A stretch of DNA of 57,776 bases from a virus. The stretch lies in the IMG/VR virus record IMGVR_UViG_3300045988_022519, positions 1 to 57,776 of that record; one strand, written 5' to 3'. The position numbers and the translations under genes were made by a program. This document shows, piece by piece, positions 15,801 through 24,328 of this stretch (positions are counted from its first letter, which is position 1; each line of letters begins with the position of its first letter). The notes beneath the pieces are model-generated. The model saw only the letters and a list, made by a program, of their open reading frames with translations. It made no database searches and was not told the origin of the DNA.

Positions 15801-18800
15801 ATCTCTTCCCAGGAAAGGTTCGACAATTGTATCAATGGCTGCGCCATCATCTGCATTGCCTTGGCCATTGCGATCATTGCGACCGAATTCTTAAGACCCA
15901 CCTTCGAGAAACTAAGAAGTTTCATAGCGCCGGCCATCTCACCAAGTGCTGCACCAACAGCCGTGAGACCTTTGGCTATCTGTTCCCATGAAAGGGTTGA
16001 TAGCTGCTGAATCGGCTGAACAAGCATCTGAATGGCTTTGGCCATCGCGATCAAAGAAACCGAAGTCTTGAGAGAAACCTTCTTATCAAGACCCTTCATC
16101 GACTTGTTCAAAGCGAACATCATTACGCCAATTGAAACAAGTCCCTTGGCAATCTGTTCGACATCAAGGTCTTTAAGAGTGACCATTGCATCGGAGAGCA
16201 TCTGGATCGCCTTGGCATAAATAACCAATGCAGCGGCCGATTTGACGATCGACTTGCCCTTAGCGATGGTATTGGCCGATTTCACCAAAGACTTAAAGGA
16301 TTGATTCAGCATCGCCATCATGGCGCCCATGGCTGTGATGGACGTTCCAAGGGAAAGGACATCAATCTCAGATATTGTCTTAAGTGAATGGGCAAGAATA
16401 CCTATGGCAGCTGCGACTGCGACAATCGATGCGACCTTAAGACCCTGTGTGAATCCAGAAAGAGCATCTTTAACACCGTTGAGAATATCCTTAAGACCAA
16501 CTGCATCACTTGCAGCTTCCTTTGGCTTCTCGAATATTCCATTGATCTTTTCAAATACGTCCTTGACCTGATCAAAGGCCTTGGATATCTTCTGGATCAT
16601 TGCAAATAGGCCACCGCCGAGAAGACCCGCAAGTATATCACCTAGACTGACATTATTGGTGATCCATTTGATTGCCTCACCCAATCCATGTGTTATGGTT
16701 GTGACGACCTTGGTTATTACGTCACCTACTGAATCAAATATGGATGAGAACTTGTCTTTAAAGTCGCCTGAAGAAGTCAGGACCGACTTTAGTTTGTCCT
16801 TAAGCGATTCAAGTTTATTACCAATCACATCAAATGCATCGGTAGAAGATTTTATGCTTCTTCCAAGATCATTAAAATAATTGATAATGGACTGTACAAT
16901 TTTGATTATGATCTGAATTCCAGTCGCGATTCCGTTAGCGACCTTTACGAATATACCGGAAGATTTAATCGTCTCATCAATCTTGACCAGAAAATCGCCC
17001 ATTGAGGCGGTACCTTTAAGAATGCTATTGACGAATCCGCCCATAGCACCGTTTCCAGCAAGCTTTCCGATTGCTCCGATTACTGCGAATATAGCTTGTT
17101 TACCAATATCCAGAATCGCAAACAATCCCTTAAATGATCGTTTGATCAAATCAAGTTGTTCAGATGATGGCTTGATTGACTCCATAAGATTACGGAATTG
17201 AACGGTATACTGATAAAGAGTCTCTCCAGCCATCGGTGGGAAAATATCAGTCCATGCGCCCTTTACGGACTGTATAACCTTCCACAAAGAACTGAAGGCG
17301 GAAGACAAACCTTCAATTATATTTTCTCGACCGGATTTACGATTGAATTTCTTTGCGAATTCATCAGCCGAGATCGAACCATCATTAAGAGCTTGAGCTA
17401 ACTTGTTTGTCTTGTCGATTGTCGATGCGGAAATATCATTATTCTTTCGTTCCTCATCCGACATTTTGTTGTAGGAATCGGCCATATCATTGACGGATTC
17501 CTTAAGCATGTCTCCAGTTACCCAACCCTGTTTACATGCTTTTTCGAAAGAACCGGTATCATTGATGAGTTTCTCAATATTGACACCGTGATTCTTTGCG
17601 ACCTTAGTCAAGGATTCATTAAACTTTGCGGTATCCTCGATACCTTCATTCACAAATTGTTTATAACCAGTACTAAGGTTTCCTAGCAATGCATTTCTTG
17701 CATTTGCAGAATCATTAATGATTTTACCAAGACTATCGGAAATTCCAGTCCAAAGATCCTTGGCTTCCTCGAAATCACCGATCATCAACTGCCAGGATGT
17801 TGTCCAACCAGAACCGACAGCCTCTTTAAGTGTATCGATAAGCTGCGAAAATGTTTTGACCTTAGTGGCCGCATCCATGGCTGTTTTTGCCATATCAGCA
17901 ATCTGTTTGGCTTCTTCTTGGGTATATCCTTGGGCAACCAGATCCTTTATGGCATTATTATAATCTTCGGCAGTATCAACCGTAAGTGCAAACTGCTTAA
18001 GGGTATCAGTAAGAACTTGAGTTGTTAGCCATCCAGTTTGAAGAGATTCACGGAATGAGCCCTTAGCCTCGATAGCTGCTTTTGCACCAGTTTTAAGATG
18101 CTCAGAAGTTCGAATAAGTGCTTGCTGGAATACTTCACCGCCCATACCTGCATTGACAACGGAATTCCAGTCCATAAGCTTAACAGTACCAGCTGCGATT
18201 GCCTGCGAAAGCTGGTACATTGCAGTCGATGCCTGCTGAGATGTAGAACCTGAAACTGCTGCAAGGTTTGCAATACCCTGAATGGATGAAACAGAAGTCT
18301 TCAGATCGACACCGGCAGCTGTGAATGTACCGATGTTTTTCGTCATCTCCTGGAAATTATAAATCGTCTTATCAGCGTATGTATTAAGTTCACTTAGAGC
18401 AGCATTGACCTGAGTAAGGGTTGTTCCCTTGCTTGCGGTGTTCGCCATAATCGTCTGAATAGAACCCATGTACTGTTCATATTCAGCGAAACCTTCTCGA
18501 ATACCCTCAGTAGTACTCGAAATGATCTTTTGCCCACAATCAATTGCGGCATTTGTAAGCTTTTGGATTGCAGAAAATGCAACGGCTGCCATTGCACTGA
18601 ACTTCGATCCAGTTGATATGGCAGCTTCCTGCATTCCTGACATATTAAATTTACTGACAGCTGACGAAACCTTATCGATGCCATCAGTAGCACCCTTAAG
18701 TTTAAGACTTTGCTTAAGTTTTTCGAGCAGAGAAGATGTTGATTTTACCCCCGATTGAAATTGAGAGTTATCGATCTTCATCTTGACTACACGTTCATCA

Positions 18801-18811
18801 ATACTGCTCAC
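12860..18811 (-). CDS. Tape measure protein (1983 aa)
   Basis: TP901-type TMP core (NTYADKTIYNFQEMTKNIGTFTAAGVDLKTSVSSIQGIANLAAVSGSTSQQASTAMYQLSQAIAAGTVKLMDWNSV), size, hydrophobic repeats, position. Confidence 0.9.
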   Translation of the reverse strand: MSSIDERVVKMKIDNSQFQSGVKSTSSLLEKLKQSLKLKGATDGIDKVSSAVSKFNMSGMQEAAISTGSKFSAMAAVAFSAIQKLTNAAIDCGQKIISSTTEGIREGFAEYEQYMGSIQTIMANTASKGTTLTQVNAALSELNTYADKTIYNFQEMTKNIGTFTAAGVDLKTSVSSIQGIANLAAVSGSTSQQASTAMYQLSQAIAAGTVKLMDWNSVVNAGMGGEVFQQALIRTSEHLKTGAKAAIEAKGSFRESLQTGWLTTQVLTDTLKQFALTVDTAEDYNNAIKDLVAQGYTQEEAKQIADMAKTAMDAATKVKTFSQLIDTLKEAVGSGWTTSWQLMIGDFEEAKDLWTGISDSLGKIINDSANARNALLGNLSTGYKQFVNEGIEDTAKFNESLTKVAKNHGVNIEKLINDTGSFEKACKQGWVTGDMLKESVNDMADSYNKMSDEERKNNDISASTIDKTNKLAQALNDGSISADEFAKKFNRKSGRENIIEGLSSAFSSLWKVIQSVKGAWTDIFPPMAGETLYQYTVQFRNLMESIKPSSEQLDLIKRSFKGLFAILDIGKQAIFAVIGAIGKLAGNGAMGGFVNSILKGTASMGDFLVKIDETIKSSGIFVKVANGIATGIQIIIKIVQSIINYFNDLGRSIKSSTDAFDVIGNKLESLKDKLKSVLTSSGDFKDKFSSIFDSVGDVITKVVTTITHGLGEAIKWITNNVSLGDILAGLLGGGLFAMIQKISKAFDQVKDVFEKINGIFEKPKEAASDAVGLKDILNGVKDALSGFTQGLKVASIVAVAAAIGILAHSLKTISEIDVLSLGTSITAMGAMMAMLNQSFKSLVKSANTIAKGKSIVKSAAALVIYAKAIQMLSDAMVTLKDLDVEQIAKGLVSIGVMMFALNKSMKGLDKKVSLKTSVSLIAMAKAIQMLVQPIQQLSTLSWEQIAKGLTAVGAALGEMAGAMKLLSFSKVGLKNSVAMIAMAKAMQMMAQPLIQLSNLSWEEIRHGLAAMGGALVEMGIVLAALGKIGGFSSIFAAGSILMVVSGLGDISDALKKFGSMSWEEIEHGLAAMGGALVEMGIVLAALGKIGGFSSIFAAGSIRIVTNGLYDISTALLKMGGMSWSEIGRGLTAMGGALGEIAIVSGALGKLVGISGLIGAGSIRLVCDGLWDIATSLEKLGNMSWSEIGRGLAAMGGALGEIAIVTGALGKFAGLSSLIGGGAILLAVQSLGDIADALKQMGSMSWDEVGRGLVAMGGALGEIAIVTGALGSLAGLPALLGGGAILLAVQSLGDIADALKKFGSMSWDEIGRGLAAMGGALGAAGLGSLMNSLSGFGAGAIATYAKPLGDLADSVDKWNGVSVPPNLESDLSALASGVGKFTFSGWGAENIPAVATGMTNLAPAISAWSGVSVPQNIESDLSGLASGVGKFTLSGWGAENLPTVATGMSQLAPAMSKWNGISIPPNISTDLQNLANGVKSFTLSGWGAENLPAVATGMGQLAPAINKWNGVSVPPNIKSDLQNLSDGIKSFTLAFAGGWSLGQVTGPLGDLAGSVKKWNGVSVPPNIGTDLATMAKGVKNFAGSTDAANEMNTVGKSLAVFANGVGALSGIDFATNASNIVSFVNTLNTIPNVTTTIGEQLGTLAAQIQTACASINASLSTANIGGSFMQIATSVSASTGSINGSVNSLSSAFTTAANNVASSTSRINTSTQSNLNAACSTINGMVGSFKQAGSNLGNGLKNSFISKIRNLGSSSSNAISQAVSSLNSYYQSFYSTGTNLARGIANGLSDGSGIINRAAVSAAKQALDAANRTLGVHSPSREFFKTGRWSAIGLANGMKKYSDLVKIAGTDMAKNALDSANQAVMNTDFMSGYSPIITPKIDISNIGSSIDTISSNYRMSVSSKMARNIMDVKSDQNILRQYQSDMIASNQTVTDAINSLRDDVSNIDLTKQPPTELYIDGRKLASTIAKPMDQALGLRQRRGI
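14063..14734 (-). repeat. In-frame tandem repeat family B in the TMP (150-nt / 50-aa period, about 4.5 units)
   Basis: Units VSVPPN(L/I)ESDLS.LASGVGKFT.SGWGAEN.P.VATGM..LAPA...W.G; unit starts near 14734, 14584, 14434, 14284, 14134. Confidence 0.85.
14735..16168 (-). repeat. In-frame tandem repeat family A in the TMP (about 183-nt / 61-aa period, about 8 units)
   Basis: Units (M/L)SW.EI..GL.AMGGAL.E..IV..ALGK..G.S......GSI.....L.DI..AL.K.G.; M/L codons at 15994, 15817, 15634, 15451, 15268, 15085, 14902. Confidence 0.85.
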
Positions 18812-19188
18812 GATTCAACCACCACCTTCCATGCTCTTTCCGCTATTTTATCAAATATAGGACGAATAGCGGGATTAATATAATCTCGTCCTTGTACATA
18901 ACCGCCGGTTCCGGTTCCGTGACCATATTGAATGATCACGGCAATCGGAACACCCTCATTAATGTTTGAATTTGTCCAAACAATCTCAGTCTGGGATTTA
19001 CCTTTATGAATTTCATAATCCCAAGAGGCAGCGGTTTTACCAGAATCTGAGGGAGTAGCCGCAGCAAGCACATTCACACCTTGTCGTCCCAGATCATCCA
19101 AGACATTCAAATATGGCTGACTCTTCATGCGGTTCAAAAAGCGTTCAAGCTTATTAAAGTTACCACTTATTTGAAAATCTACTCCCAT
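18808..19188 (-). CDS. Conserved virion-module protein (126 aa), HK97 gp10-like?
   Basis: LAAATPSDSGKTAASWDYEI...IIQYGHGTGTGGYVQGRDYINPA pattern; 4-nt overlap with the TMP start. Confidence 0.35.
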   Translation of the reverse strand: MGVDFQISGNFNKLERFLNRMKSQPYLNVLDDLGRQGVNVLAAATPSDSGKTAASWDYEIHKGKSQTEIVWTNSNINEGVPIAVIIQYGHGTGTGGYVQGRDYINPAIRPIFDKIAERAWKVVVES

Positions 19189-19198
19189 TTTGACCCTT

Positions 19199-20257
19199 TC
19201 AGATCTTCGTCAGATAACGAGTTGATCCATCGGCCGTTCCTACTGCGATGTAACGAAGTGCACCACTGTATGCGGTGTAACGACCCCAAAGATATCCGTC
19301 ATGGATCTCGCTCCAACCGTCGAGAATCACAGTCTGACCAGCGCGATAGGTAGCAACGACAGTGGATGCCAGCGACTGGGCAGAACGAACATTCAAAGCC
19401 TCAACTGCAACACGATAGGTTCCAGCGCTCACAGTATTGGCAACAGACGGAACGGATCCAATTGAAAGATAGGTCTGAGAACCATCAGCCGTTCCGAGAG
19501 CGATGTAGCGAGTCGCACCGCTGTATGCGGTGTAACGACCCCACTTATATCCATCGGCAACAGTCATCCAGCCATCGAGATTGACAATCTGATTACGGGT
19601 ATAGGTTGCAACAACAGACGCCGAAGTCGATGCACCAGAACGAACGTGGAGCTGATCAACGACGACAGTATAAGAACCAGCATTAATGGAACCGGTCTGA
19701 GAAGCAGTTGGAGTAGTTGCAGGCTTGACAGGAGTTGGAGCAGGCTTGGAGCCAGTCATTGAATCATAGTATGCCTGAGCCTTCGCCATATAGGCATCGC
19801 GCTGATTTCCAGCAATGGATGCCGGGCAGGCGGTGGAAGAGAAGTGACTATGCGGGAAGACATTGACGCCCCACTGCGGTCGACCGAGCTTATAATACTT
19901 GCAGAGGGCAGCGACGAGGTGTGCACCATTGTCCAAAGTCGCCTCGGAAATATGCCAGGGGGAAGTGGAATCGTCAGCATGTTCGATACCGATGGACTCA
20001 ACATTTGCATTCCAATTTCCGGCATGCCAGGCGGTATCCTTATCCCACACAAGCTGACCAATGGTTCCATTAGCTTCAACCTGATAATGGGCGGAAGCTT
20101 CACGAGTCTGCCAAACATTGTAGCAGCCTTCAGTGGTCAGATTACCGCCATTGTGATGAACAACAATATAACGAATTGGATTTCCGGAACGTCCCGGAGT
20201 GAAATGAGTATTGATAATCTTGACTTTATCAGCGTCAAGAGTTTCCCAAGACTTCAT
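19199..20257 (-). CDS. Endolysin: N-acetylmuramoyl-L-alanine amidase (Amidase_2/PGRP) plus two SH3b-like repeats
   Basis: N-terminal IRYIVVHHNGG...AHYQV...WHAGN...IGIEH. Two C-terminal repeats GxYxVxVxxLxVRSxxSxxxxVVATYxxxQxVxLDGWxxxxDGYxWGRYTAYSGAxRYIAxGTADGS. Confidence 0.9.
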   Translation of the reverse strand: MKSWETLDADKVKIINTHFTPGRSGNPIRYIVVHHNGGNLTTEGCYNVWQTREASAHYQVEANGTIGQLVWDKDTAWHAGNWNANVESIGIEHADDSTSPWHISEATLDNGAHLVAALCKYYKLGRPQWGVNVFPHSHFSSTACPASIAGNQRDAYMAKAQAYYDSMTGSKPAPTPVKPATTPTASQTGSINAGSYTVVVDQLHVRSGASTSASVVATYTRNQIVNLDGWMTVADGYKWGRYTAYSGATRYIALGTADGSQTYLSIGSVPSVANTVSAGTYRVAVEALNVRSAQSLASTVVATYRAGQTVILDGWSEIHDGYLWGRYTAYSGALRYIAVGTADGSTRYLTKI

Positions 20258-20259
20258 GA

Positions 20260-20802
20260 TTAACCTTTCGATTTATTTTGAGCTCTTCGTTGCTCATTCA
20301 ATCTTCGATTCTGAGCATAAATTTCAGAATTTGACATCTTTCTAGGAGGAGAGTTTTTGACAGAACAGAACTCTATAAGTTTAAGCAAACGATTAAGATG
20401 CCAATGTTCACAAGGCTCAAATGGAATATGATTTACAATCATCCAGTAATAAATATCTTCAGAAGTAATTACCGAACGATGATTGCTGACTTTCATATTA
20501 TAGATTCGAGCCGCTGATTGTGTACTATTCATCCACTCGAATATCTGAGTGGCATATTGTGAATATACCAGTTGTTTTAGGTTCTCGTCGATATGCTCCA
20601 AACACATGCAATCAAAATAGTCGATTAACTCTTCTTCTGTTTTTTCAGGCGTATCGACGAGAAACGGTTTTTCCCATTTTGACTCCCATTTTGAAATTGA
20701 GAGCAAGGAATGCTCGAATCGAAGATGCATTGGTGGACAGTGAATTCCGTTATCGGTTACATCATTCCAATAATCCATTTCTGGAACATCGATTTCAAGC
20801 AT
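20260..20802 (-). CDS. Putative tail assembly chaperone (Gp15-like), 180 aa
   Basis: Lies directly after the major tail gene; ISKWESKWEKPFL...HWHLNRLLKLIE...SNSEIYAQNRRLNEQRRA resembles Gram-positive phage chaperone-position proteins. Confidence 0.4.
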   Translation of the reverse strand: MLEIDVPEMDYWNDVTDNGIHCPPMHLRFEHSLLSISKWESKWEKPFLVDTPEKTEEELIDYFDCMCLEHIDENLKQLVYSQYATQIFEWMNSTQSAARIYNMKVSNHRSVITSEDIYYWMIVNHIPFEPCEHWHLNRLLKLIEFCSVKNSPPRKMSNSEIYAQNRRLNEQRRAQNKSKG

Positions 20803-20814
20803 TAAAGATCCTTA

Positions 20815-21534
20815 TCAATGAGATTCATTATTCAATTTGGTTTCCGGAAGAGTAGTCGCATCCTTGAACAGAGCATATACATCACCAGGAAGCGGAAGCT
20901 TCGGATCCTTAGTTGCACTGCCATAAAGCATGGTTTCAAGAGACTTCAGCACAGTCTTCCCCGCTTCATCGAGCTTCGTCGTATCAATTGTGATTGTCGA
21001 CACTGGTCGAAGATCATCATTAGTAATGGAAACCGGAACAGTCGAGATCTCCCAAGACATACTCATCGCATCCGGAGAATCATTAGTAGTGGTGTAGCTA
21101 CGCTCGGACGGAGCAGCAGTCGCACCATAGATCAGATGCAGCTTGTAACCATCATCGGATTCGGTAGCAGTATCATTGCCGACATTGGTAACATAGGACA
21201 GACCGAAACCTCGACGCTTCTGCTGACCAAAGTTCACACCCTTGGCCGGAGAAACGGATCCATCACAAACACTGAATTCATCTGGATAAGTGTATGCCTC
21301 GATCGTACCGCCAAAGGTCTCAGCGGAACGCAGTGTAGCGTACTTAATGTTATCGGCATAAATATCATTGGCTTCTGCACCAGACGGAGACTCGGTGACA
21401 GTGGTAAGACCATTCCAGGCCACACCGACACCGTAATCACCAGTCTCAGTCATTGGATACAATACGCCCTTGGAAACACCGTTCTCAAAATAACGAGAAC
21501 CAGGAGCATCCCAAACAATCTGCTTGCCAGCCAT
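20815..21534 (-). CDS. Major tail (tube) protein
   Basis: MAGKQIVWDAPGSRYFENGVSKGVLYP...IKYATLRSAETFGGTIEAYTYPDEF resembles phi13/TP901-type major tail proteins. ATG 21534 has AAGGAG 7 nt upstream; the ORF track starts at TTG 21540. Confidence 0.7.
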   Translation of the reverse strand: MAGKQIVWDAPGSRYFENGVSKGVLYPMTETGDYGVGVAWNGLTTVTESPSGAEANDIYADNIKYATLRSAETFGGTIEAYTYPDEFSVCDGSVSPAKGVNFGQQKRRGFGLSYVTNVGNDTATESDDGYKLHLIYGATAAPSERSYTTTNDSPDAMSMSWEISTVPVSITNDDLRPVSTITIDTTKLDEAGKTVLKSLETMLYGSATKDPKLPLPGDVYALFKDATTLPETKLNNESH

Positions 21535-21545
21535 TAGCAAACTCC

Positions 21546-21869
21546 TTAATAGTAGATGTTGAATACGTCATGATTAAGATTATCGCTAACATAACACCTA
21601 TCCGATGAACACATAGGCATCATAGCAATAAGACGAGGAATCTTGCTATCCGGATTCTTGTCAATCACTGTAATCTGATAACGTACATGATAAATATACG
21701 GACTATCATCCGCGTATTTGGTATCCCCATAGTTTTTATTATAAACAATGCAAGGATACTTGATTTTAATATTAGAAGGTGGCTGAAAATATACATGATC
21801 AGCCAAAGAGGGATCGACTGATTTCATAATTGAAACGAGTCGATTGTGCAATTCAAGTCTAGTCCCCAT
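21546..21869 (-). CDS. Tail completion/terminator-type head-tail joining protein
   Basis: 107 aa between the head-closure gene and the tube gene; size and position typical. Confidence 0.45.
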   Translation of the reverse strand: MGTRLELHNRLVSIMKSVDPSLADHVYFQPPSNIKIKYPCIVYNKNYGDTKYADDSPYIYHVRYQITVIDKNPDSKIPRLIAMMPMCSSDRCYVSDNLNHDVFNIYY

Positions 21870-22176
21870 TATACAATTCCCCTAATGTAAGAATCAAACG
21901 AGGTCTTTGGACTTCAACGGAATCTACCTTCCATTTTGACCCGCGCCATACGACGTAGAGAATATCGTAGAAATGTGAATAGGCATAATCGTCTTTGGCG
22001 ATAATACTTATCGTGTTACTAATGGTGATGCCCTGGTTTACAGCATCTCCTCCTTGGATTCGACGTGTATCCCGGTTGACATCACCATAGTAACTTTTCT
22101 CAAATACTTTCTTTTCGTATACACCAGGCGAGGTTTCAGTATCGATTCCGTAACCAATCTTTCCATGAAACCTCAT
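21859..22176 (-). CDS. Head-tail adaptor / head-closure protein (SPP1 gp16-like)
   Basis: 105 aa; the C-terminal ...ILYVVWRGSKWKVDSVEVQRPRLILTLGE pattern and position fit. Confidence 0.45.
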   Translation of the reverse strand: MRFHGKIGYGIDTETSPGVYEKKVFEKSYYGDVNRDTRRIQGGDAVNQGITISNTISIIAKDDYAYSHFYDILYVVWRGSKWKVDSVEVQRPRLILTLGELYNGD

Positions 22177-22185
22177 GCGATATCA

Positions 22186-22500
22186 TCACTCGCTAGTCGG
22201 TGCTGGAAGAGTGGCTTCACCCTTCTTAACTGCCTTATCGAGAGAATCGACCTCGACCACAGTAATGATATTACCAGTCGCTCCGGTCACCTTAGAACCA
22301 GAAGTGAAATTCACCCAGTGATCCGAAACCGCGCACGTTGTGTTATAGTTCACAGTCGGCTTGCTAGTAGATGGAGTGATCCGATAACGAAGGGAATTAC
22401 CAGCAGCGGCCTCCGGGCTCACATTAACAGTCTGACCACCAGTAGTGGCATTAGCTGTCACATTGAGGACTCCAAGTTTCTCAGACTCCGGAGGCGTCAC
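22186..22500 (-). CDS. Ig-like domain ORF, probably expressed as a -1 frameshift extension of the capsid protein
   Basis: 104 aa, Thr/Ser/Val-rich beta-type sequence, no ATG (the ORF track uses GTG at 22500), no RBS. Lies in the -1 frame relative to the capsid gene, which ends with the slippery heptamer at 22503-22509. Confidence 0.55.
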   Translation of the reverse strand: MTPPESEKLGVLNVTANATTGGQTVNVSPEAAAGNSLRYRITPSTSKPTVNYNTTCAVSDHWVNFTSGSKVTGATGNIITVVEVDSLDKAVKKGEATLPAPTSE

Positions 22501-24260
22501 GCTTTTGGGGATTCGATCACAATCGCAGACTTGAGCTTCGACAGAGCACCAGACATACGGGTTTCCATCAGATACTTCTTCTGGTTATAATCGATATCGA
22601 AGTCCTCGAAGGAAGTAACAGCACCACCATTATCGGTACCAATGGTGTAGTCCCGGAGATTCACGATCAGAGCATCCACGTTGTTAGACTGCTTCTTCGG
22701 ATCAACAAGATTCTCAAACAGCGGAACCTCAACAATAGCGGACACACCCATTGCGGCTGCAAGAGATGCATCGGTGTCGTACAAACGACGACCGACCTTA
22801 TCACGCTGAACCATAAGCTGGCCGTGCTTGGACGGAGAAATAAACATGGTCGGAGTTCCAGAGCCAAGATAACCAGTCTTGGAGGTACGAACACGATCGA
22901 CAAATGCAGTCATATCCTCATCTGCAGCAGTAGCAACGGAATAGATCACATACATCTCATCATCACCAACGATTGGTCGAATGCACTCACTGTTGATATG
23001 ATCCTCATCACTTGCAGAACGACCATCACCGATCAGAACCGCACGAGCGATTTCCTCGTCGAGCATGACCTTCATTTCAGACATAAGGAAATTCACAACA
23101 GAGAAATCAGTGATGTCGATGATATCATCACGATCCAGCTTCTGCTTCTTATAGATCGTAGTTGGAGTGGTCTGACGCTTGGCGACCTTGAAGATCTCAT
23201 CCATCTTTCGATTGTTATTATCTCGATCAAGGGTAAAGCCCTTAGCACGAGCCGTATCCTCCGTAAGATCAGCATAGTACGTCTTAATACGCGAGAACGG
23301 AGTATGACGAGTGCCACTCAGAACAGTGGAAACCCATTCAGTATCGCGCTTATAGAGTTCGGGCTGGTTTTCAACAGCCTTGGCATCCGGGAAAAGAATA
23401 CCAATATCCTTGATACCATAGTCCTGGGCATGAGCGATCGCGAAGTCCTTAAACGAAGTCGGATTCTCCTTCGCCACAGCAGTCATGAATGCTTCCTGAT
23501 CCTCGTGGGAAACATAATCGGCAGTGCTCATTGCCATACCGTTCTTTTCAAAAATGTTCATTGCATCTCCTTCAAAAGCCGAATGCTCGGCAGTGTTATT
23601 TTCTTTATTACCAGTGGCATTATCAATAGCAAGGCCGATAAGAGCATAGACTACATTCTTCTGCTTATCGGTCAAAGTATCGAAGACATCCTGAATGGTT
23701 TCACCATCGGAATCTTCATCAGAACCATCAGCATGAGAAATATCATCTTCATATTCGGGTTCGTATTCATCATCCATCTGTACGATATCAAAAATATCCG
23801 AATGGTTGAGTTCTTCTCCCGAATAAATAACGGCTTCATCATCCAATTCATCAACATTCCCATCGGAGTGCTGAACGGCAACATTATCGATCATAGCACC
23901 CGGATTCGCTCCTGCCAGAACCAAACTGACCTCACGAATAACACCATGCTCGACGTTACCACCATTTTGACTCAAATGGTTTGCATAAATAGACAAGGAA
24001 TTGATGTCTCCATGGGATACGAGTTCCCTTGCCTGCTTTGCAGTCGGCGTATCATTGAACACACCATAGCAATAAACACCATCATCACGATTCTCGAGCA
24101 ATGCATGACCGAGAACGTTATCCGGCGAATTATGATCATGCTGCCAAACAAGGGGGACCACGTCTCCATCCTGTTCAGCAAATGCATTATGCATGATCGT
24201 GCGACCATCCGAGCAACGAATGTTGTTCTTAGTCGCGTAACCGCTGAAATCACTCTTCAT
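22497..24260 (-). CDS. Prohead protease (HK97/S78-like) fused to an HK97-fold major capsid protein
   Basis: N-terminal 130 aa (VPLVWQHDHNSPDNVLGHALLENRDDGVYCYG...GDINSLSIYAN...IREVSLVLAGANPGAMID) fits Peptidase_S78. An acidic linker follows, then a C-terminal Phage_capsid-like region (EEIARAVLIGDG...). Confidence 0.75.
   Translation of the reverse strand: MKSDFSGYATKNNIRCSDGRTIMHNAFAEQDGDVVPLVWQHDHNSPDNVLGHALLENRDDGVYCYGVFNDTPTAKQARELVSHGDINSLSIYANHLSQNGGNVEHGVIREVSLVLAGANPGAMIDNVAVQHSDGNVDELDDEAVIYSGEELNHSDIFDIVQMDDEYEPEYEDDISHADGSDEDSDGETIQDVFDTLTDKQKNVVYALIGLAIDNATGNKENNTAEHSAFEGDAMNIFEKNGMAMSTADYVSHEDQEAFMTAVAKENPTSFKDFAIAHAQDYGIKDIGILFPDAKAVENQPELYKRDTEWVSTVLSGTRHTPFSRIKTYYADLTEDTARAKGFTLDRDNNNRKMDEIFKVAKRQTTPTTIYKKQKLDRDDIIDITDFSVVNFLMSEMKVMLDEEIARAVLIGDGRSASDEDHINSECIRPIVGDDEMYVIYSVATAADEDMTAFVDRVRTSKTGYLGSGTPTMFISPSKHGQLMVQRDKVGRRLYDTDASLAAAMGVSAIVEVPLFENLVDPKKQSNNVDALIVNLRDYTIGTDNGGAVTSFEDFDIDYNQKKYLMETRMSGALSKLKSAIVIESPKA
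22503..22509 (-). promoter_or_regulatory. Candidate -1 programmed ribosomal frameshift site C_CCA_AAA
   Basis: Minus strand ...GAA TCC CCA AAA GCG TGA. The X_XXY_YYZ heptamer is in the correct zero-frame register two codons before the capsid stop. The -1 frame reads ...PK-SVTPPESEKLG..., the downstream ORF. Confidence 0.55.
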
Positions 24261-24328
24261 TGGTTAGACTCCTTTATTTTTATTTGTAAATTTCTTTATT
24301 GACTTTTTTCAAATAATAGAGACCGGCA

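Noticed and set aside
14063-16168. Regularly spaced 150-nt and 183-nt repeats as a possible CRISPR-like or satellite array
   Set aside because: The repeats are in frame within the tape measure ORF, have no unique spacers of CRISPR size, and translate into coherent protein repeat units.
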